The position numbers and the translations under genes are program-made. Below, one piece after another: positions 20,977 to 30,976 of a DNA stretch of 64,000 nucleotides (the stretch's first letter is position 1; every line of letters begins with the position of its first letter). Under the pieces are notes generated by a model. That model saw only the letters and a list, made by a program, of their open reading frames with translations. It searched no databases and had not been told where the DNA came from. Source of the DNA: Candidatus Latescibacterota bacterium (GTDB lineage Bacteria; Latescibacterota; UBA2968; UBA8231); the NCBI GenBank assembly GCA_965203355.1, contig OZ241889.1, positions 3,976,280 to 4,040,279 on the forward strand, read 5' to 3'.

Positions 20977-21831
20977 CTATTGAGCGACAGCCTCGGCCCC
21001 ACCGATGATGTCCATCAATTCGAGGGTTATCGAGGCTTGCCGCTCCTTGTTCATTTCGCGGGTCAGATCCTCGATCATGTCTCTGGCGTTCTTGGTGGCA
21101 TTGTCCATCGCCATCATCTGGGCGGCGAAAAAGCCCACATTCGACTCCAGCAGAGCGCACCAGACTTGGAAGTTGACCTGACGCGCAACCAAGGTGCCCA
21201 ACAGGACCTCGGGCGATGGCTCGAATTCGTACTGGGCACTTTCACCTGCTTCCTCTTCGGGGGTGATGGGCAAGAGTTGGCGGACGGTGGGTACTTGGGA
21301 AGTAACAGAGGCGTATTCGCTATAGCAGAGCAATATCCGGTCGGTCTGGCCAGCGGCAAAGCGACTCGTTAGATCCGCGGCTATATCTACGGCGCGGACG
21401 AATTCGAGCTGGCTGAATACATCGGCGTGATGGCGGGAAATTGGGTAGTCGCGATGGCTGAAGAAATCCCGGCCCTTGTTCCCAATGGTGACCAGATCAA
21501 GTTGGGCATCCGCATACTCGTCCAATTCTTCCTGAACCCGGCGGCACAGGTTGGTGTTAAAGGCACCGCAAAGGCCGCGGTCGGAGGTTATGACCACCAG
21601 CACGACGCGCTGGACCGGGCGACTCGCAAAGAGCGGCTGCTCATAGGCATTGACGCTCTGGTGCAGTGCTTTCAGTACTTGGTCCAGCCTTTGGGCGTAC
21701 GGCCGGGCAGCTAAAATCGCCGCCTGAGCGCGGCGCATCTTGGCCGCTGCCACCATCTGCATGGCGTTGGTGACGCGCTGGATATTGGTGATGCTGGCGA
21801 CGCGCGTCCTGAGTTCGCGAAGGGTAGCCAC
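20977..21831 (-). CDS. atpG: F1 ATP synthase gamma subunit
   Basis: MATLRELRTRVASITNIQRVTNAMQMVAAAKMRRAQ. C-terminal ITLELMDIIGGAEA. Confidence 0.93.
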   Translation of the reverse strand: MATLRELRTRVASITNIQRVTNAMQMVAAAKMRRAQAAILAARPYAQRLDQVLKALHQSVNAYEQPLFASRPVQRVVLVVITSDRGLCGAFNTNLCRRVQEELDEYADAQLDLVTIGNKGRDFFSHRDYPISRHHADVFSQLEFVRAVDIAADLTSRFAAGQTDRILLCYSEYASVTSQVPTVRQLLPITPEEEAGESAQYEFEPSPEVLLGTLVARQVNFQVWCALLESNVGFFAAQMMAMDNATKNARDMIEDLTREMNKERQASITLELMDIIGGAEAVAQ

Positions 21832-21842
21832 TGCTTAGTTCC

Positions 21843-23369
21843 CTATCCCGCAGAGGGACGGAAGCCGCTCTTGAATTCTTCGACTGCCGCGTTGAGCTTT
21901 TCCTTAGCTTCGTCGTTCAAATCGCGACTCTCGTAGATTTCTCTCATGAGCTCGGACTGGTGTTCTCGCATGTAGACCAGCAACTCGGTCTCAAAGCGGC
22001 CTATGTCGGCCGTGGGCAGGTCGAGTACGTGGTCGATGATCGACAGCGAGACCGTCAGTTCGGCCAGCGACTGCGGGGAGTACTGATCCTGCTTGAGGAT
22101 TTCCATGAGTTTCTCGCCGCGATTGAGCAAATTGCGCGTGGCTTGGTCGAGGCCCGAAGTGCCGAATTGAGCGAACGCCTTGACTTCGTTGTAACGCGAA
22201 ATATCGCCCTTGATGTTCCTGGCCACTGCTTTCATCGCCTTAGTCTGGGCATCGCTCCCCACGCGCGACACCGAAGCACCCACGTCCATGGCCGGCCTGT
22301 TGCCCGAGTAGAACAACTCGGGCTTGAGCAGGATCTGGCCATCGGTAATCGAGATGACGTTGGTGGGTATAAAAGTCGATACGTCGCCTTCGAGAATCTC
22401 GATAATCGGCAGGGCCGTCAGCGACCCGCCGCCCTTCTCATCGCTCATCTTGGCGGCGCGCTCCAATAGGCGCGAGTGCAAGTAGAACACGTCGCCCGGA
22501 TAGGCTTCGCGGCCCGGGGGCCGGCGCAAGATCAGCGACATCTCGCGGTAGGCCCAAGCCTGTTTCGACAGATCGTCGTAGATGATCAGGGCGTGCTGGC
22601 CATTGTCGCGGAAGTACTCGCCCATTGAAGCACCGGCATAGGGTGCCAAAAACTGCAAAGGGGCTGGATCAGACGCCGTGGCCGAAACCACGATAGTGTA
22701 TTCCATGGCACCATTGGCCTCTAGTTCGGCCACCAACTTAGCCACGGTTGAAGCCTTCTGGCCGATGGCCACGTAGATGCACTTGACGTCTTGATCGCGC
22801 TGGTTGATGATGGTATCAACGGCAATGGCCGTCTTGCCGGTCTGGCGGTCGCCGATGATTAGCTCGCGCTGGCCGCGGCCGATGGGAACGGTCGAATCGA
22901 TAATTTTGATGCCCGTTTGCAGCGCTTCGCTGACCGGCTGGCGCTCAATGACACTTGGCGCTTTGCGCTCGACCGGTACGCTCTCGTCCGCTTGGATGTC
23001 GCCCTTGCCGTCAATGGGCATGCCCAAGGGATTGACGACCCGGCCCAAGAGGGCCTCGCCCACCGGCACCTCGACGATGCGGTCGGTGCGCTTTACTTGG
23101 TCGCCTTCGTTGATCAGGGTGTCATCGCCGAAGAGCACACAGCCGACGTTGTCTTCTTCGAGGTTGAGAGCCATGCCCATGATGCCGTGCGGGAATTCCA
23201 CCAATTCAGTGGCCCGCACATTGCTCAGACCGTGGACGCGAGCCGTGCCATCGCCGACGTAGAGCACTGTGCCCGTCTCGTATATGTCTATTTCTTTTTC
23301 AAAGCCCAACAACTGTTGCTTGAGAATTTGGGAAATCTCATCGGGCTGAACCATCGTTTCGGTGGCCAT
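21843..23369 (-). CDS. atpA: F1 ATP synthase alpha subunit
   Basis: GDRQTGKT P-loop, [14 protein letters not shown]. Confidence 0.97.
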   Translation of the reverse strand: MATETMVQPDEISQILKQQLLGFEKEIDIYETGTVLYVGDGTARVHGLSNVRATELVEFPHGIMGMALNLEEDNVGCVLFGDDTLINEGDQVKRTDRIVEVPVGEALLGRVVNPLGMPIDGKGDIQADESVPVERKAPSVIERQPVSEALQTGIKIIDSTVPIGRGQRELIIGDRQTGKTAIAVDTIINQRDQDVKCIYVAIGQKASTVAKLVAELEANGAMEYTIVVSATASDPAPLQFLAPYAGASMGEYFRDNGQHALIIYDDLSKQAWAYREMSLILRRPPGREAYPGDVFYLHSRLLERAAKMSDEKGGGSLTALPIIEILEGDVSTFIPTNVISITDGQILLKPELFYSGNRPAMDVGASVSRVGSDAQTKAMKAVARNIKGDISRYNEVKAFAQFGTSGLDQATRNLLNRGEKLMEILKQDQYSPQSLAELTVSLSIIDHVLDLPTADIGRFETELLVYMREHQSELMREIYESRDLNDEAKEKLNAAVEEFKSGFRPSAG

Positions 23370-23384
23370 AAATCCTCCTGCTGA

Positions 23385-23921
23385 CTAACCGGCCAGACGC
23401 GCTCGTAGGCGCTCTATATAGGTGTTCACACTGCCGTCAAATACGGTGTCGCCAACGCGGACGACCACTCCGCCGCGCAAACTGGCATCAACTTGGACAT
23501 CCAAGCGCACGGTGCGGCCGCTGCGGTGCTCTAAGCACTCCCGTAGACGCTGGCACTGCTCCTCATTCAACGCCACAGCCGAACGCACTTCAGCACTGAT
23601 TATGCCCTCGCGCTCGGCGACTTGGTCGAGGAAACTTTCGAGTGCTGCGCCGATGATAGAGGCCCGGCCTCTGACCGACATGAGTTGGAGAAAATTCAGG
23701 GTCAGCACCTCGACCTTACCGCTGAAGAGTTCCCGCAACACATTGGCTTGGACTTGGCTAGCGGTTAGGGGGCTGGCCAAAAACTCGGCCAACTCGCCGG
23801 ATTGACGCACGATTTCTAAAAGCCGCTCGACATCGCGCTGCACCGCCTCAGTCTCGCCCGTTTCATCGGCAGCCGCCAAAAGCGTAACCGCGTAGCGTCG
23901 CACTACTTCGGGTGCGTTCAT
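23385..23921 (-). CDS. atpH: F1 ATP synthase delta (OSCP) subunit
   Basis: 178 aa. VRRYAVTLL N-terminus and GGVVVRVGDTVFDGSV C-terminal block. Positioned between atpF and atpA. Confidence 0.85.
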   Translation of the reverse strand: MNAPEVVRRYAVTLLAAADETGETEAVQRDVERLLEIVRQSGELAEFLASPLTASQVQANVLRELFSGKVEVLTLNFLQLMSVRGRASIIGAALESFLDQVAEREGIISAEVRSAVALNEEQCQRLRECLEHRSGRTVRLDVQVDASLRGGVVVRVGDTVFDGSVNTYIERLRARLAG

Positions 23922-23943
23922 TGTCCTGCTTGCACGATGGCGT

Positions 23944-24435
23944 TCAATTGGATTCGGGAATTCTGGCTATAAAGTCATCGACGAGGCCGCGGTTTTTCTC
24001 GTCGTCCAAGTTGGCGTCAATCAGCACACCTGCCGCTTGCACCGCGAGATGGGCTGTCTCGCGACGCAACTCGGCGATGGCGGCGCGCTTCTCGCTTTCG
24101 ATACTGGTCCGCGCTTGGGCCAACGTCCGCTCCGCCTCTTCCCGCGCCTGAGCGACGATTGTCTGCCGCACATTCACCCCAGCCTCGCGAGCCTCGGCGA
24201 CGATCTTTCGCGCCTCTTCATCGGCCGCGGCGAGCTTCTGCTGGTGCTGGCGCAGAACCGCTTCGGCCTCTTGCCGCGCCTGATCGGCCGCGGCGAGCGC
24301 GTCGTTAATGCGTTGCTCGCGCTCGTCGAGGGCCGCCAAAAGCTGGGGCCAAGCGAACTTTTTGAGGACGAACAGCACCACCAAGAAGGTGATGATCGTC
24401 CATATTATGAGCCCCACATGGGGATCAAGTAGCAT
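23944..24435 (-). CDS. atpF: Fo ATP synthase subunit b
   Basis: Single N-terminal TM segment (GLIIWTIITFLVVLFVLKKFAW) followed by a long A/E/R-rich helix. I chose the ATG at 24435, 8 nt after the atpE stop. The ORF-track start at 24471 would overlap atpE. Confidence 0.8.
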   Translation of the reverse strand: MLLDPHVGLIIWTIITFLVVLFVLKKFAWPQLLAALDEREQRINDALAAADQARQEAEAVLRQHQQKLAAADEEARKIVAEAREAGVNVRQTIVAQAREEAERTLAQARTSIESEKRAAIAELRRETAHLAVQAAGVLIDANLDDEKNRGLVDDFIARIPESN

Positions 24436-24443
24436 AGTACTTG

Positions 24444-24665
24444 TTACTTGGTCAGTACGATCAGCAGGCAAAACACCTCGCCGATCAGGGCCACGCCCTC
24501 GACCAAAGCGGCCGTCAGGATCATATTGGTGCGGATATCACCTGCGGCTTCGGGCTGGCGGGCGACGCCCTCCAGCGCTTTGCCGGCCAGCATACCTATG
24601 CCCAAACCTGCACTAACGGCGCAAAGCCCGATGCCAATTGCGGCACCCATATACGCAAATTCCAT
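24444..24665 (-). CDS. atpE: Fo ATP synthase subunit c
   Basis: Helical hairpin with the ARQPE loop and carboxylate in TAALVEGVALIG. ATG at 24665 with a GAGGGGG SD about 9 nt upstream. The track start at 24671 is TTG. Confidence 0.9.
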   Translation of the reverse strand: MEFAYMGAAIGIGLCAVSAGLGIGMLAGKALEGVARQPEAAGDIRTNMILTAALVEGVALIGEVFCLLIVLTK

Positions 24666-24703
24666 AGCCAAATACCCCCTCTTGTGAACGGTGTGAACCC
24701 CTG

Positions 24704-25534
24704 CTAATGGTCTGGATGAGCAGCCATGCTAATAAAGACTGTCGATAGCAGGGTAAAGACAAAAGCTTGGACGAATCCTACGAAAATCTCGAGCATGTAA
24801 ATCGCCACGGCAAAAGGCACAGAGCCGATGGCGATCCACTCACTTTGCAGAATGGAAATCAAGCCCAAGAAAACCACAATCGCCACGTGGCCGCCGGTCA
24901 TATTGGCGAAAAGACGCACGCACAAAGCAAAGGGCTTGACAAACAGACCAATCAATTCTACGGGAATCAAAATGACGAGCAGCACCGGCGGCACCCCAGA
25001 AGGGATCAGGCTCCTGAAGTAGCCGAACAATCCGTTGTTGGCAATGCCGGCCCCTATCATTGCCAAAAAAGAGCACAGGGCCAGACCGGCCGTAACGCTG
25101 ATGTTACTAGTGGCTGTGGCACTATAGGGGACTAGCCCTAGTAGGTTGCAAAACAGAATAAAGAAGAAGAGCGTCAGCAAAAAAGGCAGGTACTTTTTGC
25201 CGTCCTCGCCCATGATGGGCAATACGACCTCATCGCGCAAGAAGAGAACAATAGCTTCGAAAAAATTGGCCAGACCCGAAGGCACGGTGCGCGGCTTGCG
25301 GAAGGCTCTGAGCATGAGCACTATGAGCAGGAGGCTCGCCACCCACATAATCAACACGTGTCGGGTGATGGAGAGGTCAATGCCAAAAAGCTCTAGTGAA
25401 GGAAGCGAAACTTTGCCTGCGATCAGATGATGCAAATCGACAAAGGGCAATTCGATATAAGGGCTATCTTTAATGTGCCCTATGATGTCCACTTGCGCAT
25501 TTGCGGCGTCAGCCGACTGCGTATCGCCAGCCAT
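24704..25534 (-). CDS. atpB: Fo ATP synthase subunit a
   Basis: Multi-TM protein with the essential-Arg block ALCVRLFANMTGGH. Confidence 0.9.
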   Translation of the reverse strand: MAGDTQSADAANAQVDIIGHIKDSPYIELPFVDLHHLIAGKVSLPSLELFGIDLSITRHVLIMWVASLLLIVLMLRAFRKPRTVPSGLANFFEAIVLFLRDEVVLPIMGEDGKKYLPFLLTLFFFILFCNLLGLVPYSATATSNISVTAGLALCSFLAMIGAGIANNGLFGYFRSLIPSGVPPVLLVILIPVELIGLFVKPFALCVRLFANMTGGHVAIVVFLGLISILQSEWIAIGSVPFAVAIYMLEIFVGFVQAFVFTLLSTVFISMAAHPDH

Positions 25535-25593
25535 TTACTGCCTTGCGAAATATCTAAAATTAGGGGGGAAACTGTTGCAGTAACCAACCAAAT

Positions 25594-25622
25594 AAACTAA
25601 TTAGGCCGTAAATTTCTGTCAA
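25594..25622 (-). promoter_or_regulatory. Sigma70-like promoter candidate upstream of atpB
   Basis: Minus strand reads TTGACA-17 nt-TAGTTT in the atpI-atpB spacer. Motif match only. Confidence 0.25.
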
Positions 25623-25638
25623 CACCTCGCGGGCACTG

Positions 25639-25929
25639 CTAGCGCTTTGAACGGCCTTGTAATTTGATTACGTAAAAAATTTCAAATGCGAGAAAAAGCA
25701 AGTACGCAGCCACTAGCGCGACTAAGTAAGTCTCGGCGTGGACCCTGACCCATTTAAACATCAGCACTGAGAGGACTGCCACGGCGATCATCCGCGCGAT
25801 CATCCCCCCGAAGAAGGCGATTATAAAGGTTTGCATGCCCCGGCCCCAGCCCCAGCGAATCGCTGCCAGCGCGAGTGCGCCATTGACTCCGGCGACCACC
25901 AAGCCAGCGATAACGCTATCCCACTTCAC
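25639..25929 (-). CDS. atpI: AtpI-like small membrane protein
   Basis: 96 aa, three or four TM segments, GTGA overlap with the upstream gene, immediately 5-prime of atpB. Confidence 0.55.
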   Translation of the reverse strand: MKWDSVIAGLVVAGVNGALALAAIRWGWGRGMQTFIIAFFGGMIARMIAVAVLSVLMFKWVRVHAETYLVALVAAYLLFLAFEIFYVIKLQGRSKR

Positions 25930-26168
25930 GGTCCATCCTCCCGCTTGCGCCGCTCATCTAGGTCCATAAGCGTCCGATAGAGTTTGTAAAATCCACCCCC
26001 CGCGCCGAGCAGGGTGCCCAATACTAGAAAGAATGGCGTGGTTGCGAATTTGTCGTCGAGCCACCAACCGAGCAGCACAAAGATCAGGACCGTCGCCGCG
26101 AATTGAATCCCCAGACTAACGTAAGAGCCGATGTCGGCGTACGTCCCGGTCTTTTTTTTCGCGACCAT
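25926..26168 (-). CDS. AtpZ/ATPase_gene1-like small membrane protein
   Basis: 80 aa. The pattern YVSLGIQFAATVLIFVLLGWWLDDKFATTPFFLVLGTLLGAGGGFYKLYR matches what I recall for the family. Confidence 0.6.
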   Translation of the reverse strand: MVAKKKTGTYADIGSYVSLGIQFAATVLIFVLLGWWLDDKFATTPFFLVLGTLLGAGGGFYKLYRTLMDLDERRKREDGP

Positions 26169-26225
26169 ATTCTACGAGCCAAGAAAAACGGGCGACCGCC
26201 GCTAGATGAAAGCTGCTGGCCGTAC

Positions 26226-26429
26226 TCAGCTCTTCTCCGCCTCGGCATCCCCACACGACCCGGGTTCCTGACCACACTCGCACATAGGCTGCCCCAGTGC
26301 ATCGCGCATCGTGTTCAGCCCTCCGCACGAACCTTGGAGGCGACGATTGCTGAAGATCACGCCGACGGCCATGGCGACCATGACCAACCCAAACGCAGCA
26401 AACGCGGCAATAAGCGTACTTATAGTCAT
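26226..26429 (-). CDS. nqrM: Na+-NQR maturation factor NqrM (DUF539-like)
   Basis: 67 aa. One N-terminal TM helix, then four Cys in GSCGG...[22 protein letters not shown]. Lies 15 nt after nqrF. Confidence 0.7.
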   Translation of the reverse strand: MTISTLIAAFAAFGLVMVAMAVGVIFSNRRLQGSCGGLNTMRDALGQPMCECGQEPGSCGDAEAEKS

Positions 26430-26444
26430 CCTATTCCTCCCAAC

Positions 26445-27683
26445 TTAAAACTCGTCGAAGCGGATCATTTCCTCTTCAATGCCCATATCGTCGAGCATCG
26501 CCAGCACAGCTCGGAGCATCAGCGGCGGACCGCACATGTAGTACTCGACATCTTCGGGTGCTGGATGGTCTTTGAGGTAGTTTTCGTACACCACTTGGTG
26601 AATAAAGCCCACATAGCCGTCCCAATTGTCCTCTGGCCGCGGCTCGGACATGGCGATGTGGAAGGTGAAGTTGGGAAATTCCTCTTCGATTTTGCGAAAG
26701 TGGTCCTCGTAGAAAACCTCGTTGGGATTGCGCGCCCCGTACCAATAGGACACCTTGCGCCCGGTCTTGAGCGTGTGGAAGAGGTGGTATAGATGCGACC
26801 GCAAAGGGGCCATGCCAGCACCGCCGCCGATATAGACCATTTCGCGGTCGGTTTCTTGGATGAAGAATTCGCCAAACGGCCCGGAGACCGTCACCTTGTC
26901 GCCCGGCTTGCGACTGAACACGTAAGAAGAGGCGAGGCCGGGCGGCACATCCTTCCAGCCCCCCTTCTCGCGGTCCGGCGGCGGAGTGGCGATGCGGATG
27001 TTGAGCATAATGATGTTGCCCTCGGCCGGGTGATTGGCCATTGAATAGGCGCGGACGACAGGCTCGGTGTTGACGAGCTTGAAGTCCCAGACGTTGAAGC
27101 GGTCCCAATCCGAGTGGAATCGCTCCTCAATCCCCTCAAAGTCCTTGAAGTTGCACTCAAAGGGCGGCACTTCGATCTGGATAAAGCCACCGGGCTGAAA
27201 ATCCAGTGTTTCGCCCTCGGGGAGCTTGACGACAAATTCCTTGATAAAGGTCGCCACATTGTCGTTGGAGACGACTTCGCACTCCCACTTTTTGACCGAG
27301 AACACTTCGGGCGGCACTTCGATCTTCATGTCCTGTTTGACGTTGACCTGACAAGACAGCCGCACCCCCTCGCGCGCCTCGCGCTTGGTAATGTGGCTGG
27401 TCTCGGTAGCCAAGATATCGCCGCCGCCCTCGTAGATGTTGACCTTGCACTGAGCGCAGGTGCCGCCACCGCCACAGGCCGAAGACACGAAGACTTTGTT
27501 GTCGGCCAGCACGTTGAGCAGTTTGCCCCCTGCTGGAACGGCAAGAGCCTTGCTCTCATCGTCGTTGATGAGGATTCGCACGTTGCCGCTGGGCACCAGT
27601 TTAGAGCGGGCTGCCAAGATGATGGCCACGAGAGCCAATACCACGCCGGTGAACATGCCGACGCCGGAAATAACTTCTGTCAT
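26445..27683 (-). CDS. nqrF: Na+-translocating NADH:quinone oxidoreductase subunit F
   Basis: N-terminal TM segment, 2Fe-2S motif [15 protein letters not shown] motif RAYSMAN, NADH-binding GGGAGMAP. Confidence 0.95.
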   Translation of the reverse strand: MTEVISGVGMFTGVVLALVAIILAARSKLVPSGNVRILINDDESKALAVPAGGKLLNVLADNKVFVSSACGGGGTCAQCKVNIYEGGGDILATETSHITKREAREGVRLSCQVNVKQDMKIEVPPEVFSVKKWECEVVSNDNVATFIKEFVVKLPEGETLDFQPGGFIQIEVPPFECNFKDFEGIEERFHSDWDRFNVWDFKLVNTEPVVRAYSMANHPAEGNIIMLNIRIATPPPDREKGGWKDVPPGLASSYVFSRKPGDKVTVSGPFGEFFIQETDREMVYIGGGAGMAPLRSHLYHLFHTLKTGRKVSYWYGARNPNEVFYEDHFRKIEEEFPNFTFHIAMSEPRPEDNWDGYVGFIHQVVYENYLKDHPAPEDVEYYMCGPPLMLRAVLAMLDDMGIEEEMIRFDEF

Positions 27684-27701
27684 AAGGTGCTCTTTTCTTT
27701 A

Positions 27702-28313
27702 TTAAAGCTGAATGCCGGAAAAGGACATAAAGGCCAAAGACATCAGGCCCACCGTAATGAAGGTGATCCCGAGGCCGCGCAGCCCAGGGGGCACGTCGCT
27801 GTACTTCATTTTCTCGCGAATGCCCGCCAGCGCCACGATCGCCAGCGCCCAGCCAAAGCCGGAGCCAAAGCCAAAGGCCACGCTCTCGCCCAAATTGTAG
27901 TCGCGCTCAACCATGAACAGCGAACCACCCAAAATCGCGCAATTGACGGTAATCAAAGGCAGGAAAATGCCCAGCGCATTGTAGAGGGCTGGCACGAACT
28001 TGTCGAGAAACATCTCGAGGATCTGCACCATCGCCGCGATAATGCCGATGTAGCTAATCAGCCCCACAAAGGTCAAATCCACTCCACTCAAACCCGCCCA
28101 CGCCAGCGCGTCTTCCTTAAGCAGGTACTGGTAGATTAAGTTGTTAGCTGGAACGGTAACCGTCTGCACCACAATTACGGCGATCCCAAGCCCAAACGCC
28201 GTCTGCACCTCTTTGGAGACCGCTAGAAAAGTACACATCCCCAAAAAGAAGGCCAGCGCCATGTTCTCGACGAACACGGACTTCATAAATATGCTCAGAT
28301 AGGCTTCGACCAT
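27702..28313 (-). CDS. nqrE: Na+-NQR subunit E
   Basis: [21 protein letters not shown] and six-TM architecture. Confidence 0.93.
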   Translation of the reverse strand: MVEAYLSIFMKSVFVENMALAFFLGMCTFLAVSKEVQTAFGLGIAVIVVQTVTVPANNLIYQYLLKEDALAWAGLSGVDLTFVGLISYIGIIAAMVQILEMFLDKFVPALYNALGIFLPLITVNCAILGGSLFMVERDYNLGESVAFGFGSGFGWALAIVALAGIREKMKYSDVPPGLRGLGITFITVGLMSLAFMSFSGIQL

Positions 28314-28319
28314 GTTCGG

Positions 28320-28943
28320 TTACTCCTCCTCGACCTGTTCGCTCTTCCAAGTCCTGAGCGCCCATATAAACAAGCCAATGATGAAAAACGCACTCGGCGG
28401 CAAGAGCATCAGGCCGTTGGGCGCGTACCAACCCCCCTCGGCAGCCAATGCAAACATCTGCGCCCCAAAAAGCGAACCCGATCCGAATAGCTCGCGCAAC
28501 ACGCCCACCACCAGCAGAATGACGCTGTAGCCCAAGGCGTTGCCCAAGCCGTCGAGAAAGCTCAGCCCGGGGCCGTTCTGCGAGGCAAAAGCCTCGGCCC
28601 GCCCCATGATGATGCAGTTGGTGATAATCAGCCCCACGAAAACCGAAAGCTGTTTACTGATATCAAAGGCATAGGCGCGCAGGAACTGATCGACGATAAT
28701 CACCAGCGAGGCGATGATCGTCATCTGCACGATAATGCGGATATTGGCTGGGATAAAGTTGCGGATTAAGCTAACGGCCATGTTGGAACAACAGAGCACG
28801 AAAATAACCGCCAAGCACATGGTGACGGTGGTTTCCAACTTGGTCGTCACCGCCAGTGCCGAACATATACCAAGGCTCAGCAAGGCAATGGGGTTGGAGT
28901 CAAAGAGCGGCCTGAAGAGGACGTCTCTCGGTTTGTCAGCCAT
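28320..28943 (-). CDS. nqrD: Na+-NQR subunit D
   Basis: [21 protein letters not shown] ... [14 protein letters not shown]. Confidence 0.93.
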   Translation of the reverse strand: MADKPRDVLFRPLFDSNPIALLSLGICSALAVTTKLETTVTMCLAVIFVLCCSNMAVSLIRNFIPANIRIIVQMTIIASLVIIVDQFLRAYAFDISKQLSVFVGLIITNCIIMGRAEAFASQNGPGLSFLDGLGNALGYSVILLVVGVLRELFGSGSLFGAQMFALAAEGGWYAPNGLMLLPPSAFFIIGLFIWALRTWKSEQVEEE

Positions 28944-29735
28944 TTAACTAACTCCTCGTTTTTTGAGCTTAGCCAGATACGGCCCAAAGGCCTCCGCACC
29001 CAGCCAGTAGCGCAGCATGTCCCGGACGCCGCGCGAGGTAATAGTAGCACCCGACAATCCATCAACCTGATACTGGGCTTCGGGCCGTCCCGCGACGACC
29101 TGGCCCCTGACCACCTCGATGCGCACAGCCCCGCTTTCATCGAAAGCCTTCTTGCCGTCCCACAAGGCTTTCCAACTCGGGTTATCGACCTCGCCGCCCA
29201 AACCCGGAGTCTCGGCGTGTTCGTAGTACACCAACCCGCGGATGGTATTGAGATCCCTAGCATCGAGGGCCACAAAGCCGTAGAGCGTCGACCACAGCCC
29301 TAAGCCGTGGACGGGCAAGATGACCTTTTTGATCTGGCCCTTTTGCGTAACCAAGTACACCGAGGCATGGAGTGCGCGACGCTTGACATTGGCGATATCC
29401 TCGTTGGCTGGTACCGCCTCGCTCTGCGCCGGATCTTTGGCTGCCCGCCGCTGGTCGTAGGCAACCGGATCCACGCCATCAACATACTCCCCAGTCGCTA
29501 AATCGACGACGCGGGGATTTATGTTTTGGTATAACTCTTCGATGCGCTCGCCGCTGGCTACCTCGCTGGATTTCAGCAGGCCCGCGGCCATCAGAATGTT
29601 GCGTTTCTTGTCGAGCGTCTTATTGACCGCTTGGATCGGCCGCAGCGACACGGCCGCCGCCGATACCAGCACCGAGCAGACGAGGCAAACGCCGAGCGCC
29701 ACGCCGAATGTTCTACCTACCGAATCGTTAGCCAC
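28944..29735 (-). CDS. nqrC: Na+-NQR subunit C
   Basis: N-terminal TM anchor. FMN attachment motif DGLSGATITSRGV. GTG start with a GGAGAG SD. Confidence 0.88.
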   Translation of the reverse strand: MANDSVGRTFGVALGVCLVCSVLVSAAAVSLRPIQAVNKTLDKKRNILMAAGLLKSSEVASGERIEELYQNINPRVVDLATGEYVDGVDPVAYDQRRAAKDPAQSEAVPANEDIANVKRRALHASVYLVTQKGQIKKVILPVHGLGLWSTLYGFVALDARDLNTIRGLVYYEHAETPGLGGEVDNPSWKALWDGKKAFDESGAVRIEVVRGQVVAGRPEAQYQVDGLSGATITSRGVRDMLRYWLGAEAFGPYLAKLKKRGVS

Positions 29736-29749
29736 TTTGTCTATCTCTC

Positions 29750-30967
29750 CTAAGAGCTGATAGCAGTGCGGACCAGCCTGCGCTTAATGTTGGCCTGCAT
29801 TACCACATGGTCGATCACGGGCGCGAAGACATTGCCAAAGAGAATGGCCAGCATTACGCCCTCGGGGAAGGCTGGATTGATCACGCGGATTAGCACGGTC
29901 ATAAAGCCTATGAGTGCCCCGTACACCCAACGGCCAGCCGGGGTCATGGACGCCGACACCGGGTCCGTCGCCATATAGACGCAGCCAAAGGCATATCCGC
30001 CCAGCACCAAATGCCAACTCGCGTCCATCCCGAACATCGGGTTGGTATCGCTGCCAATCGCGTACAGCAATTCGGCGCATGCTACCGTGGCCGCCGTCAT
30101 GCTGACGATGATTTGCCAAGAGCCGACCCTAGTTGCGATGAGGATGGCCGCGCCGATCAGACAGGCTAGGGTCGATGTTTCGCCCATAGATCCGGGGATT
30201 GTGCCCAAGAAGGCCTGCGTCCAAGTCACCGTATTGGTAACGGCCGCCATGCCGTCGGCGGCAGCGGCTCCTAACGGAGTAGCGAATGTAAAGCCATCAG
30301 CCGCGACCCAAACCGCATCACCGGTGATTTCGACGGGATACGCAAAATAGAGGAAAGCCCGCCCAGTCAGCGCCGGATTGAGGAAATTTTTGCCGGTGCC
30401 GCCGAAGACTTCTTTGCCCAGCACCACGCCGAAGCTAATGCCAATGGCCACCTGCCACAGGGGAATCGTCGGCGGCAGCGTCAGGGGAAAGAGCATGCCC
30501 GTGACCAAGAAGCCCTCGTTGATCTCGTGCTTGCGAACCATCGCAAAAAGCCCTTCCCACAAACCGCCCACCATATTGCACACCAAAAAGACGGGAAAGA
30601 AATAGAGAAAACCGTGGAATACGTTGGCCAGCGGGTTGTGAGGATTGTAGCCGATGCCGAGGATATCGATGATGATTCCGCGCCATTCGCCCGTCGTAGT
30701 GGCTCCCATCTGCTGCATGGCCAAATTGACCTGATAACCCGTGTTCCACATGGCCATGAAGATACAGGGCACCAGCGCGACGACGACCGTAATCATGGTG
30801 CGCTTGAGGTCAATGCCGTCGCGCACGTGCGTCGGCCCGTCGGTGACGCGACCGGGCGTATATAAAAATGTATCGGCGGCCTCGTATAAAGCGTAGAACC
30901 TTTCCAGTCGCCCTCCCTTGTGGAAGAGAGGCTCGGCTTGGTCGAGCAGATCTCGCAAAACCTTCAT
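29750..30967 (-). CDS. nqrB: Na+-NQR subunit B
   Basis: Collinear with Vibrio NqrB as I recall it: [46 protein letters not shown]. Confidence 0.93.
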   Translation of the reverse strand: MKVLRDLLDQAEPLFHKGGRLERFYALYEAADTFLYTPGRVTDGPTHVRDGIDLKRTMITVVVALVPCIFMAMWNTGYQVNLAMQQMGATTTGEWRGIIIDILGIGYNPHNPLANVFHGFLYFFPVFLVCNMVGGLWEGLFAMVRKHEINEGFLVTGMLFPLTLPPTIPLWQVAIGISFGVVLGKEVFGGTGKNFLNPALTGRAFLYFAYPVEITGDAVWVAADGFTFATPLGAAAADGMAAVTNTVTWTQAFLGTIPGSMGETSTLACLIGAAILIATRVGSWQIIVSMTAATVACAELLYAIGSDTNPMFGMDASWHLVLGGYAFGCVYMATDPVSASMTPAGRWVYGALIGFMTVLIRVINPAFPEGVMLAILFGNVFAPVIDHVVMQANIKRRLVRTAISS

Positions 30968-30976
30968 CGAATGCGT

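Noticed and set aside
26152-26159. A8/T8 homopolymer in codons 4-6 of the atpZ-like gene (and a C8/G8 run at 55344-55351 in the IDH-like gene)
   Set aside because: Both are in frame and encode plausible residues (KKK, GG). Nothing here indicates phase variation.
27114-28139. 341-aa plus-strand ORF opposite nqrF/nqrE
   Set aside because: It spans the junction of two conserved minus-strand genes. Its sequence is low-complexity (H/R/A/G-rich) and there is no SD. I treat it as a GC artefact.
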